Of a DNA stretch of 64,000 nucleotides, positions 31,042-48,275 are shown piece by piece. Numbering within the stretch: position 1 is the first letter of the stretch; the number at the start of each line of letters is the position of its first letter. The notes beneath the pieces are model-generated. The model did not search any database. It saw nothing but the letters and a program-made list of their open reading frames with translations, and was not told where the DNA came from. Source of the DNA: the human T2T-CHM13v2.0 reference genome, Homo sapiens; assembly GCF_009914755.1 (NCBI RefSeq), contig NC_060933.1; one strand, given 5' to 3'. Both the position numbers and the translations under genes were made by a program.

Positions 31042-33374
31042 AAAGAATTTGTCCAAGGTTACCATAGCTAGTAAATGACAACACCAAGTCTTGAGCTTAA
31101 GCTCAATCTTCTGATCCCAAATACAAAACTATTAGATGTATAATAAATTGACGGATGGATGCATATATCAATACTACTACTGAGACTTTAAGAAAAAGAA
31201 ACAAGATCTCTGATCACATTTTGCCAACCAAATATACTACCCTATTTTTTAAGTTTGGCTCCTCTTCTCCAGTTATTTTTCTTTTTAAAAATGAAGTGCC
31301 AGGTTGATTATCCAGCTCCTCAGTGTGATAAGCTTGAACATTAAGTGCTCTCCTATAATCCATCTGCAGGGCTCCCCAGCCAACAACTGGTCTATCACAG
31401 TCTTGAGCTTTTGGTGCCGAGGTCAATGACACGTGATGTGTGACGACATGTCCGGCACCCCATCTGACAACATCATCCTGTGTCTCCATGAAGGGGAGAA
31501 AGAAGCCAGCCAGCGAACCCTCTGGAAAGGCATTTGCTAACTGCCCACTAGCAATTGTTGAGCGATAACACATGCAGTTCCCCACATGTTTATGCAGAGT
31601 CTCAGATTTATCTGACAGTTTTACACCCTCAGGCATGATACACAGTAATTAAAATTAAAAATGTTTTGACAGCCTAAACAAATGGCTATATAAATTAGAA
31701 AGCTGTAAAAAGCCACAGTAGCCAAAAATAAAGATATATAGATAAATCATAAAATTATAAACAAGGAAAATATTTTAATACAGGCATGTTTATATCCAGA
31801 CACTTAGAAATATAGGCTAACTTTTGCCTGAAGGAACATGGTGGGGAAAAAGAACTGTGGAGACTAGCAAAGCCATTCTTTCCTGCCTAGCAATTCTTAC
31901 CTCTACTCTTCTCTGGTAACTAAAGAAAGGAAGAAATTTGCCGAGGCTGTCCCACTTCCTCAAATTCTATAATCAGCTGTAGGATCTTCAAATTTTAAAA
32001 AGCACCTAAATCAGTTGCTTAGAATTTTACTATTAACCTTACCAAATGTGTAAAATGATGTGGGCTGTACAAAACTTGGCTTGCCTTCACATTTCTCAAA
32101 TGCATGGCATAAAACGTGTGTTTATGAAATGAGCCAAATATATGATCTGCATGTGAACATAATTCCTTTCAACTAAATATGCACAAATGTTTAAGTGTCA
32201 TTTTTCACTTAAACCTATCAGGTCATTGTCCCAAGAGACCATTGTGTCACCTGGCCTTGATATTTTTCCCTTTCTCCCAAGGAAGCCTGCTCACCACTGC
32301 CCTAGTGCATTGAAATATCAGAACATTTCAAAGGAGGAAACAAAATAATTGGAAGTAATCCATGGGATTTTCTGTACCTAGAAGAGCTGGATTGCCAGAA
32401 ACCAGTCATATCATGTGGATAGTCTTTATGATAAATTTTCAGAGCAGTCCTTTATTTGTCAGAGTTCCTAAAGATCCATTGGTACATCATTATCATGCCT
32501 CAGTATCCATGGATTAAGAAGAGAGAACTGCAGAAACCCCAGAGCTTTTCACTGCAGTCATCCTAGACTCCTTCTGCTTCTTCCTGGTCGCCTATTCTCA
32601 ATCCTTTGTCCTCTTGGCCCCATTTCTTATCCTTAATCCCATTCCTGTCCCCCTTGACTTGGCATTGCTATTTTGTCTTCCGATTTTAATGCTCTACTCC
32701 CCCCATACCTCCTAAGGACCTGTTTCAAAAGATCTACTCTGTGTGATCAGCCATTGTGAATCATGTGTTCCTTGTACCAAACCCCCATTCCACACTAATT
32801 TTTATAGTCTTGCTCCATCTCCAGGAGGAGGGGAGAGAGAGTTTGACCTTTCTTTTCAAATATAGAAATATAATCATAAAATAACCACATTTGCAATAAT
32901 CCATGATTGGAGATCTTTACATTTTAGGGTTTCCCAGGTGTTTCTAATGACCAGGCAATTTTATAGCAGAACTCTTTGATTTAGTGAAATCTTAAATAAA
33001 TAAAAAATAAAAATAAATAAATACTCCTATATGCAGACAGAGAGTTCCTGATAAAACAAAGAAATTATAAGATGAATAAAATCATTTCTTGTTAGATAAA
33101 TCTGGACCAAGGGTAGCACAATCGAACGCCTAGTGGTATTTAAACAAATGGAATAGACCACATCCAAGGCAACAGAGTCATAAGAATAAGGCTGTGTTAC
33201 CTTTTTCTTTTTTAAAGAAAGTAAGAAACTGCGATTTAAAAAAATCTTCCAAATGTAACTGTTGACAATTAATTGAATTTTTAAAAACACTCTTTCTACC
33301 CTATGAAACAAAATCTTGTCAGCATACCAGAAGTTTCCTCCAGTCCTCAATTTGCAACCTCCAGTTCAGACTTT

Positions 33375-33900
33375 TGTTTTAGTTCTCTATTCCTGTGAAA
33401 CAAATTTTCTCAAAATTTAACAACTTAATACAACAAACATTTATCTCACTCAGTTTCTGAAGGTCAGGAATCCAGAGATGGCTTAACTGGATGGTTCTGG
33501 ATCAGCGTCTCTCACAGGTTGTAGTTAAGTGGTCAGCCGGGGCTGTAGTCATCTCAAGGCTCTACTGGGGTTCAATCCTGTGGCCATTGGTAGTCCTCTG
33601 TTCTTTGCTGGCTGTTGGCTAGAGACCTCCATTTCTCTTCATATGGGCCTTTCCATTGGCCACCTGAGTATCCTTACATCAGGGCACTTGGCATCCCTCA
33701 GAGAAAGTGACCCACAAAAGAGAACAAGGCAGAAGCCACACTGGCTTTTAAGACATAGCCTCAGATCACATTTTACACTTTCGCCTTATGCTATTGACTG
33801 CACAGACCAGCCCTGGTACAATGTGGGAGTGGATTACACAAAGGCGTGAATACCAGGAGATGGGGATCACTGAGGGTCATCTTGGACACTGGCTACTACA
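33375..33900 (-). mobile_element. MaLR LTR (MLT1F-like)
   Basis: CAGTTTCTGAAGGTCAGGAATCC...CCCTGGTACAATGTGGGAG...GGCTACTACA. Confidence 0.82.
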
Positions 33901-34776
33901 GCTTTCAAAATATCAAAATGGTCCTAATCTTAGCTGTTCAAATTTGACTCAGGAATACATAGCATAGTCTTGGGGCCTCTTTTTTTTTAAGCTCCTTTCC
34001 TTTGCCATTTCCCCCATTTTCTATCTTCCCTCATCATCAACTTGATTCACAGGATAACACTTACTTTCCTCTTCAATATTCTCTTCAGGCTGTGATTCAC
34101 CAGTTAGTTCCTGCCCTTCTGGTCCTCCAATCCTGATGCAGTAAAATGCCTACATGTTTGAGTTTGGGCTCCAGCTGGTAATTTTTAGTACCATATGTCA
34201 AAGGTCTAGGAGGCAGAAAGTTTAAATTAGAATTAGGAGTCTGCAGGTAACTGTGGCTCAGATACCAAGACTCTGTTCAGCAAATGTTTGTAGAGAACCA
34301 AGTATGTGGCAAACCCTGGGCTGGTATTTGTAATTTAGAGATAAATCCAATACAGCAGATAAATCAGGAATTAGGAACCCAGCTGGTTACACAGAGGGAT
34401 GGGGAATCAGACAGGAAGCGTAGTGATGAACAGGAAACCACTGAAAAGATCTCAGAGACTTCCCGTGAATATGTTTACAGAGTGATAAAAAGACAAGAAT
34501 GTATAAATTGGAGAGAGTTGAGGCATAGCATAATTATCTTAAAGTTATCTGATTGTCTAATGAATGCTTTCTATAGGAGTTGGTGTCAAGATGTGGGAGA
34601 AACTGGATCCAGATGTGTGGGGCAACAAGATAGCAGTTATCTAACAGAAAAGCCACTGTGGCTATAGTGGAGTAGCTTAGATGATGTTTGACAGCTGGAG
34701 GTGACAGGTGAGAATAGAAATTAGAGATTTGTTTTTATTCCCAGGCGTCATTTTCTGGAGAGATCGTTGACTGGAT

Positions 34777-34900
34777 CAGTAGTTCTCAACCCTGGCTGTG
34801 GCTGTATATTAGAGTTGCGGGGGGAAGGGGTGAACCAGCAAACGTACCTTTCTGGACTCTCCCACCCACAAGATTTTGATTCAGAATATTTGAAGTTTTG
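34777..34900. mobile_element. MER5-type hAT-Charlie fragment
   Basis: CAGTAGTTCTCAACCCTGGCTG terminus. Confidence 0.6.
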
Positions 34901-36077
34901 ATAGAAAAAGATATTTTCCTAAACGGATTACACACAACTCCCTAGTTTCTTAAATAAATTATTCTGAATATGGTATAATTTTTTCTTCATTTTGAAGGTT
35001 ATCATGATTGTTGATTGATATGTCAATAATACCTTTAGGGGCTTTTGTTATATAAAATGTTGACTCCTCCACTAAATGACCCCAGACTTCTAAATGTTTT
35101 GAGTTATTATATTCACTATTATGTAAAAGAGTCAGTAAAACTACCCTGCTAATGGTGTCCAGTCACTGGTGCTATCGGAATCTCTGCTTCAGATAGTGGC
35201 TTCCTTCTTTCCAATTTGCTGCCTCTGTTTGTCTCTTGGGGATACAGATGACCAAGCTTATTAGGGTTATCTGTAAAAACATAGATAGACTCTAAGTAAG
35301 AGCCTGATAACTCTTCCTATAAATAAAATGTACTTGGTCTTTATTTTATCTATTTAAGTTAATTAACAGGTCTTTTCTTGCTTCTAAATAGTTGATTTAT
35401 CCTGATAATTGACTGCATCACTCTGGGGATTTCAAATGGAAAGAGAATTATTATAAGAAATTAGAAACCTACACCATGATGGGAATAGCTAGGGAGTACA
35501 CATCAGGAAAATCTCCTTGGGAGAGATCAGGAAGTATAAGGATCATAGAGAAGCTGCCAACAATAATCTCAACTGCCTGCAGCACTGATATGTGATTCTC
35601 ATGACTTTAGGGGCCCAATAGAAGCCAGTTCTGGTGATTTCAGATATCTGCAGTACTTCAGTGATGATTCTTAAAAGTCTGACTGGAATCCATGGAAAGT
35701 CCCATAAATGCCTAATTTTAGAAAAATTCCTCAAAGTCAAGGGAAGCTGTTGCAGATCATTTTGGCTGTCTATTGCTGTTGCGGAAATAATGACTTACCT
35801 TTCTCTTCCACTTTCAAATCTTTCACAATTGCTAGAATCATGTAAGGAAAGTAATTCTGTGAAATACAGAGCCAGACTTCTTCTCTGCAATTCAAAAGAA
35901 AATACAGAAGGTATCGAGGGTGTTGTATAGTTGAAAATAGTCTGATGCTGTGCACCCCTTTATCAACTTAGGAATTATACACATTTCTCTACCCATATAT
36001 AAATTTTCAAATAACAAAAACAAAGGCTTATGGCTAACATATACACCTATACCTTGTATAATCAAAGATGTGCTCAC

Positions 36078-36183
36078 TCTGTTTCCCAAAATGAAAAACA
36101 AAAATTTCTGAAGTTATTCTATATTTTCACCTTCTGTTTCCCAAAATGAAAAACAAAAACTTCTTAAGTTATTCTATATTTTC
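36078..36183. repeat. 55-bp-period tandem duplication
   Basis: TCTGTTTCCCAAAATGAAAAACAAAAA(T/C)TTCT(G/T)AAGTTATTCTATATTTTC at 36078 and 36133. Confidence 0.95.
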
Positions 36184-36425
36184 TCTGAGTAATTCTCATT
36201 TCTTTTCTCAATGAGTCCTCTTTTGATATTCTGTAATTTAAGCAAGGAGAAATAAATTATTGATTAATATATAAAATATACATAATAAAACTAGAAACAA
36301 AATATGTATAGCTAGGACAGTCCTCATTTCTGAAACTGGTCATGAAACCATGCTGGTTATATTTGTTCTTCCTGGTTTGTCATGTTCTGCTTACCCCGGC
36401 TAGGATAACTAATTCTGTCCCAAGC

Positions 36426-38981
36426 TGTCTCTGTCTGTTCAGGCTGCTATAACAAAGTATCTTAGATGCAGTAATTTATAAAGAACAGAAATTTATTTCT
36501 CACAGTTCTAGGGGCTGGGAAGTCCAAAATCAGGGCACCAACAGATTCAGTGTCTGGTGAAGGCTTGTTCTCTCCTTCCAAAATGGTCCCTTGCTACTGT
36601 GTCTTCATATAGTGGAAAAGCAGAGGGGTGAAAGAGGTAAACACACTTCCTCAAGCCATTTTATAAGGGCGCTAATTCCCACTCACGAGGGCTCTGAGCT
36701 CAGGACTGAGTCACCTCCTAAAGGCACCACTTTTTTAATACTATTGCATTAGGGATTAAGTTTCAACTTGAACTTTGAAGGGACACAGACGTTCAAATTA
36801 TAGGATTTTGTTCCTGCCCCATCCCCCCATGTATGTCCTTCTCACATACAAAATACATTCATTACATCCCAACAGACCCAAGGCCTTAGCTCATTCCAGC
36901 ATCAATTTTAAGGTTAAAGTCCAAAATCTCACCTGAATAACATCTAAATCAGATATGGGTGATACTTAAGGTATGATTCATCCTGCAACAAATTCCCCCT
37001 CCAGCTGTAAGCCTGTGAAATCGAAAAAGTTATGTGCTTTCAAAATACAATAGTTGGGACAAACATAGGATAGGTATTTTCATTCCAAAAGGGTGAAATA
37101 GGCAAGAAGAAAGGGGTAACAGTTCCCACATAAGTCCAAAAGCCAACAAGGCAAAAACTACTAAATCTTGAGGCATGAGAATAATCTTTTTGAGTCCATG
37201 TTCCACCTTCTGAACACACTGAGGCAGAGGCTGGGCTCCCAAGGCTCTGAGCAGCCCTGCCCTATGGCTTTTCTGGGTGTAGCCCACGCAATAACTCTCA
37301 TGAGTTGTAGTCACATGCCTGCAGCTCTCCTGGGGTGGAGTTACAATGTTAGTGGCTCTCCTAGTTTGATGTCTGCATGTTGGTCCTGTCCACATGGCTG
37401 CACTAGTTGTTGCCCTAATGGGGGGTTTCTGTAGTGGCCCTGACCTCACAGCTCCTCTGGGCATTGCCCTAGCGGGTATTCTCTGTGGCGGCCCCACACC
37501 CAAGACTACAGTAGGCATTGGCCTAGTGAAGGCTCTCTGTGGTGGCCCCAACCCCACAACTCCTGCACTCTGCACACCTACAGAGTTAGCACTACATGCC
37601 TGCCATGGAAGTTTATGGCCTCCACCTTCCAGAGGGGAGGCGATGGCAGGATGCACTGCACCTGGGCCCACTGGAGTCACACCTGGGGCAGCCAAAGCAC
37701 ATGGCTCCAGAATGTGTGAAGCAGAAACCTGAGGTAGTTCTGGGCAGTAATCTCTGAGGTCCTATGGGCATGCTGGGCCCCTCCCTGAAAATGTTCTGTC
37801 CTCAAGGTCCTAGCACTCTGGGTTTATGATGAAAATGGCTGCCTTGAAGATCTCCAAAAATGTCTTTGGGGTCATTCTTCCATTGTCTTGACGAATAATA
37901 TCTGACCTTCTTCTGTCCTTACTAGTCTTTTTATCAAACACTTACTTGGCTATAACTTTGGTGTTCTCTCCTGGGCATGCTTTTTCATTCTTAACATGGC
38001 CAGAATGAAAATTTTTAAATCTTTAAGTTCTGCTTCCCTTCAATTATAAATTTCATCTTTGTTTCTCTCTTTATTTTTTTTTCTGTAAGCAGTCACAAGA
38101 AGCTATGCTTCACCTTTAACACTTTGCTGAGAGATTTCTTCTGCCAAATATCCAATTATATGTTGCCATTAGTTTTAATGGCAAAAACCACAATTACTTT
38201 TGCACCAACTAATAGATTTCTTTTAAGTTCTGCTTGCACAAGTATCTAGGACATAAACACAATTCAGCCAAGTTCTTTGCCTCTTCATAACAAAGATAGC
38301 CTTTCTTCCAGTTTGTAATAGCATGTTCCTTATTTTTATGTGAGACCTCATTGAAATGGCCTTTGTTATCCATATTTCTACCAACATTCTAATCATAATC
38401 ACTTAAGTAATCTCCAAGAAGATTGAGGCTCTGTCTACAGCTCTCTTCTTCTGAGCACTGACCAGAATGCCCCTTTATGATCCGTTCATGGCGATATGGG
38501 ATTTTTGTAGCCTGCTCTTCGAAATACTTTCAGCCTCTGCCCATTACCCAGTTCTAAAGCAGCTTCCACATGTTTAGGTATTTGTTACAACAGCACTCAA
38601 GTTTTTGGTACCATTTTCTGTCTCAGTGCATTTGGGCTACTATAAAGAAATAACTTAGAATGGGTAATTTATGATACAAATTTATTTCTCACAGTCCTGG
38701 AGTCTGGGAAGTCCAAGATCAAGGTGCCAGCAGATTTGGTGTCTGATAAAGGCTTGTTCTCTGCTTCCAAAGTGGCATATTGTTGCTGTGTTGTTAGGTG
38801 GAAAGGCAAAAGAGGCAAACAGATTCCCTTAAGCCTTTTCATAAGGTCACTACACCTGTTCATGAGTGCAGAGCCCTCATGACATAATCTCCTCTTAAAT
38901 ACTCCACCTCTTAATAGTAATGCTTTGGGGATTAAATTTCAACATGAATTTTGGAGGGACACGAACATTCAAACCATAGCA
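36426..38981 (-). mobile_element. Complete MaLR element: MLT1A LTR (36426 to about 36803), internal region, MLT1A LTR (about 38619-38981)
   Basis: Two homologous LTRs (GCT(G/A)CTATAA...GGGAAGTCCAA...) flank MST/MLT1A-type internal sequence. 5-bp TSD CAAGC (36421-36425) and CAAAC (38982-38986). Confidence 0.9.
38163..38212. mobile_element. MADE1 (Hsmar1-derived MITE), truncated
   Basis: TTGCCATTAGTTTTAATGGCAAAAACCACAATTACTTTTGCACCAACTAA. Confidence 0.9.
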
Positions 38982-41397
38982 CAAACCTTCAATTATAGAG
39001 CCATTAGTGGTCCTCCCAGCATTGCATTGCTATAGTCTCCCAATAACTTTTATTCTATAACCAGTAAGTTCTAAGAGTCTCACAAGAGAATATTCTGATT
39101 TCAGACTACTCCTTTCTGCCCTGCTGTACAACGTTAGGAAACTGCCCCCATTTTTCCCTGACAACCCAGCAAAATTGATATCTCCAGCTAGCACCACATG
39201 CTGCTTTTCCTTAAGCATTAGGTATATAGCATTATTGCTAATTGGTATAAGAAGCCCAAGGTGCCCAGGGAGTATCCTCAACTTCCAGTTGATTGCAATT
39301 ATTACTGTGCCACTAGTGGAAACACGCCTTCCTTGGGAATTTATATCTTTGAGTTAGAGAGCCCAAAGCTACAACAACAGGAAGCAAATGATTTTGGGGT
39401 AGGTTATTAGAAGATAACAGATAAGGGCACTTTTACCCCTTTGTTCTAAGAATTGTATATATTAGCTATAGGAAAAACTGTGCCATTACTGGTTGCTGAC
39501 TCAAGAAAACGTATGGAGTCATATTACATTTTCCCAGATTCACAACTGTGCATGCACCATAGCAGGGTCATCAGTAGGTTGTTCCACTCTTCTACTAGAT
39601 CAGTTACATTGGGGTTACAGGCTAGACAGAATCAGTTGCTATCATAGTTGTGTATCTACTATTTTGCTATAAAGTGAGTTTCTTGGCCAGAAGTAATGTC
39701 AAGTGTAATACCTTGATGATGCAAAAGATATTCAGTAATTCTACAGATGAAGTTTCTGGTAAAATCACTGCATGGAGAGTAAGCAAATAACTTGTAGAGT
39801 AAGTGTTTATTCTAGTAAGTAAAAATTGCAGATTTATTTATGATAGTGCATTTTAATTAAATTACTCGACACCAAAGGATTGGCTAGTCTAGTCTCCCCT
39901 AGGAATGACACTATATCGAGCACTCATGTTGTCTCTGCTGTTGACATTTTGGGCACTCAACAGTGACTGTTAATCCATGTTGTTAAGCCCATTCATTAAC
40001 TTTAACTTCCATGCTTCCTGCCAAGGCCACTTTGTTCATAAACCCATGGCTAGAGAAAGAGACTTTACTGGAACCCACAGGAAAATCTATCTTGTCCACT
40101 TGATTAACAGGAGACTCCTTTTGAAGGAAAGCTTTTTGTGAGCATTCGCATGGGTACAAATGTTCTCATGCCTTATGTCGATTCTGAGATTATTCCATCT
40201 ATGTACTTCTTCCTTAGTTTTCCATGTCGGTGCTCCTCAAATGCACTCCCTTTGACCATCTGGCCAAACCATTAGTCAGTGCCCATAAATTGCCATAAAT
40301 TTTTACATTTGTATATCTATCCATCTAGGTAAAAATAACAAGTATATGCACTACTAAAAGTTCTGCTGAAAGTATTTCCTTTCCATCATTATCTTTCAGG
40401 GTCATCTCAGAATATCCCCATAAAACTGAAGTGGTCCAATTTGGAGTTGTAACAGCATTTTATGTGGAATTATCTGTGTAAAACAGGCCTAAGTTTGTTC
40501 TCTCTTACAACTGTTGATGTGAAATTCTGTGTATGGATTAAGGAAGAAGTGACTGTGCAATAATAGTAGGTACCATAAGAGTCAGCTGCCTGTACATGAA
40601 CTTACTTGTGAATTCATTTCCTGCTAAAATCCAGTTTCATATATAGCACTTCCATTTGATGTTGAAAGTTTGTTACACATGCCCAAATTTATGTCTTGGT
40701 AGAGTATACCATACCAAGTTCACAAGGTGTAACTCAGGTGGCATAGTTACTTGGTGTTGTAAGGTCAGTTGTACAGTATTCTTTAGGGCTTAGCAGAAAG
40801 CCATTACTGTGCTTCCAAAATGAGAATAATTCTTTGCAAAACAGGACATGGATTTCTTTCCAAATTCTAGAGTTACACTTTGTAATTTTTCTCATTAGGA
40901 TTACCAAAGACACCGTGTCAAAACCACATGAATCATAGAAAATTATATTACAATTGAATCTGATGGTCATATGGCTAAAATGGAAAATCAGCTTTCACTG
41001 GACCTGCCACAAAACTTCCTCTTGCTCTGGGCTCTAGTCACAACTGGCAACTGGGTAAACACTCAGTAAATGAGTAGAATAGCAGAAGATCTTCACTAAT
41101 TATTCTAATTCTATCTTAGCAGTAGGAGGTACAAAGTACAATGATTTGTCTTTCTCTTTAAACAGGATCTCTCAACATTCCTCAGATTCCTGGACTCCTA
41201 GAAACCTCACTGAGGTAGCAGGCCCCTGAATTTTCATAGGATCTTTTTTACCACCCTCTAATATTTATATAATACTTCACAAATTCACTTTGAGTATTTG
41301 TTACTTCCAGGTTTAACCAGCCTTGTTATCTATTTAGTGGACCAGTGTGACACTCTATATGAGATGGTGATGTGATCAAAGTCACTTTAGACAAGAT

Positions 41398-41528
41398 CAG
41401 TCCTTCTCAAACTTTAATGTGCATAGAAAAATTCAGTAGGTCTGCAATAAGAACTGAGTTTCTGCATTTCTAACAATCTGCCAGGTGACGGTAACACAGC
41501 TGATCTGCAGATCACACTTTGAGTAGAA
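41398..41528. mobile_element. MER5A/B hAT-Charlie element inside the ERV-L
   Basis: TTCTCAAACTTTAATGTGCATA...TGCATTTCTAACAA...CCAGGTGA...CACACTTTGAGTAG. Confidence 0.8.
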
Positions 41529-43802
41529 AAAGACTGGTTTCTGTGGGAGGGCCAGAAAGTTGACATACCCCTGAGGAAAGTCAATAATGGTATAATGCTG
41601 TCTCTTCCAAGTGAAAGCAAACTGCTTCTGGTGATTCTGCCTACTAGTATAGAGAAGAAAGCATATGCCAAATCAATATCTGCTTATCAGTTTGCAAGGT
41701 TTATACTGGATGTGCCCCAGTAAATAGGCCACAGTTGGAATTGTAAATGCAATTGGAGTCACTGCCTGATTAAGTTTGTGATAATATACTTTTATTCTCC
41801 AAGAGCATTCCATCTTTTGCACGAGCTAAATAAGGAGACAAAAGAGAATGTAATAGCAATCATCACCCTGCAAATCTTTGGTAGTGGAACTAATCTCTGC
41901 ATCTCCTTCAAGAAAGCATTAACATTTTTTATTTATTGTTTTGCTAGAAAATGCATTCCAGGTGGTTCCACTTGGCCTTTCCTACCATAATAGCCCTCAT
42001 TGCATGGCTGAGGTGGTAACCAGAGTATTCAATGTGTATACTGTGCCGGTTGCAGAGTATACCTGCCTCTTCCTTCTATGCATTTAGTAAATGGGAAAAT
42101 AGCTACAGAGTCGGGTTGTAGATTCCCTGGTCTTACTCAAAATTGACTCAGGCTTAAACTTTATTTATCAACTGACTTTCCTAAGCCCCTGATATATCAG
42201 ATCCACAAATATGAGTGTTTGCATTAGTTTATAAGCAGTACACTGTGATCTCTGAAAAGTCTAGGTATTTCTATTTATCCGGTATAGAGCCACCACCCTG
42301 ATAAATAGCCACTTTGGGGAAATGCTTGGAGGGAGATACATAGGTCATACTCGCGGCAGTCTTGTACAGTTTTTCTTCAAGGATCCCAGGCTTACCCTTT
42401 ATTCAAAAAGCTCTGTCTGTACTGCCTCTAGTTTGGGACTTGAATGGAGTTGTGATTTTCTTCTTTGGTGTCTAAAGTCAGATCATTATTAGGACTAGAG
42501 GAGTTTTTTTTTCCTGCTGCTTACATAAATTATGTATATCTTTCTAAGACTGTTTGTCTTCTTTAGTCATAGAGACATTGTGACCACTGCAAAAGATTTC
42601 TAAAGGCTGCATCAGACCATTCTGAATATGGTTGTAGACCTGTTATCTGTTGCACAAATGTTGACCATCTCATAGGCACTTAAGCCCTGCTACTTAGCCA
42701 TCTCCCACTGCTGGTTGCCATGATCCGCCATTGAAATCAAGGAGCCTTTTTCAGGGACTGTATCTCTCACCATAATTCCTGGTTCACAGAGGAAAACCAC
42801 ACAAATCTTTCAAGGATCCTGTTGCTACCCTTCTCACTGCATTTCTTAATACCGTAGTGAAAAGTATGTCCTCTAACCCTCCAGAGAGCACAGTAATGGT
42901 GGGCTGTGTGTGAGAACTGATATGATAAATCAGCTTTATCGTTCTGATCTTCATAGACGTCGGACCTCTTCTCTACATCCTACCAAGAAGTTCTAACAAT
43001 TCAAACCTCACAGGAAGAAGGCTAATATTCAATTTTATTTCACTTAAATAATTAAGCAAAGGATTGAATACTAGCTTCCTGAGATAACACACTGAATGCA
43101 AAATCTCCACTAAGTGCACCCACATTGATACATTATTTCTTTTCCCCTTCTCTTGTACTCTTAAAATCCATTTATCTGTACATTCCCTAAGTTCTGCCAA
43201 AAGAAATAGGCAACATTCTTCTTTCAGTGGATATGATACCTCTTCCAGAATCAGGCTTTATAACCATCTGTCTGGAATCTGTCAGGATTTGTCTCAGGTT
43301 ATGAGTCTGGAAGCAAAGAGAAGTGGTGGTCATGAGTGTTAAGGATTATTGGAATCCCCTTGCAAGGCAACTATTTCAAATGAAGTCCTTAAAAATGTCT
43401 TTCAGCAAGGGAAGGCTAACATTCGTAGTGACCTCTGGGTGGTAAGGCCAGTGATCACAAATGCATTCATGGAAACACAGGGAGTCAAGTCAATCAGCCC
43501 CATTTATCCTGGGGCCTCAGACAGACATGCCTTACTTACGAAAATGACATTAAGAGCCTCCTTGTCGTGTAGCTAAAATTTGCATACTTTGAAAAAATGA
43601 ATATTTAAATGCTATGTATTCATTTAGTACTAGGTGTTGGTAATGTTTGTCATTGATTTCACTATTAAAATTTTAATTATATAATAATTATCTAACCTAA
43701 AGCATGGTAAAGCAAAGAGAAGAAAATGTACCAATTACTTATATAGATTTATTTTGCTTTTAAATTTATTTCATTTGCAGTTTCTTTTGAGCATTCCTCT
43801 AA

Positions 43803-44167
<365 letters not shown>

Positions 44168-44385
44168 TCTTTTTTTTTTTTAATTTAAGTTTTAGGGTAC
44201 ATGTGCACAACGTGCATGTTTGTTATGTATGTATACATGTGCTATGTTGGTGTGCTGCACCCAGTAACTCGTCATTTAACATTAGGTATATATATCTCCT
44301 AATGCTATCCCTCCCCACTCCCCCCACCCCACAACACGCCCCGGTGTGTGATGTTCCCCTTTCTGTGTCCATGTGTTCTCGTTGT

Positions 44386-48212
<3,827 letters not shown>

Positions 48213-48275
48213 TACGATGTTAGCTGGTTATTTTGCTCATTAGTTGATGCAGTTTCTTCCTAGCCTCGATGGTCT

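Larger units (their letters stand above)
35255..43530 (-). mobile_element. Highly decayed ERV-L (ERVL-E/HERVL-like) provirus with nested elements; possible MLT2-like LTR at about 35255-35950
   Basis: Antisense ERVL-internal landmarks: CCTCATTTCTGAAACTGGTCATG (about 36322), CAAACCTTC...CCATTAGTGGTCC (38982), TTCTTCAAGGATCCCAGG...TTTATTCAA (about 42375), GGAAGCAAAGAGAAGTGGTGG (about 43310). Outer boundaries are approximate. Confidence 0.72.
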
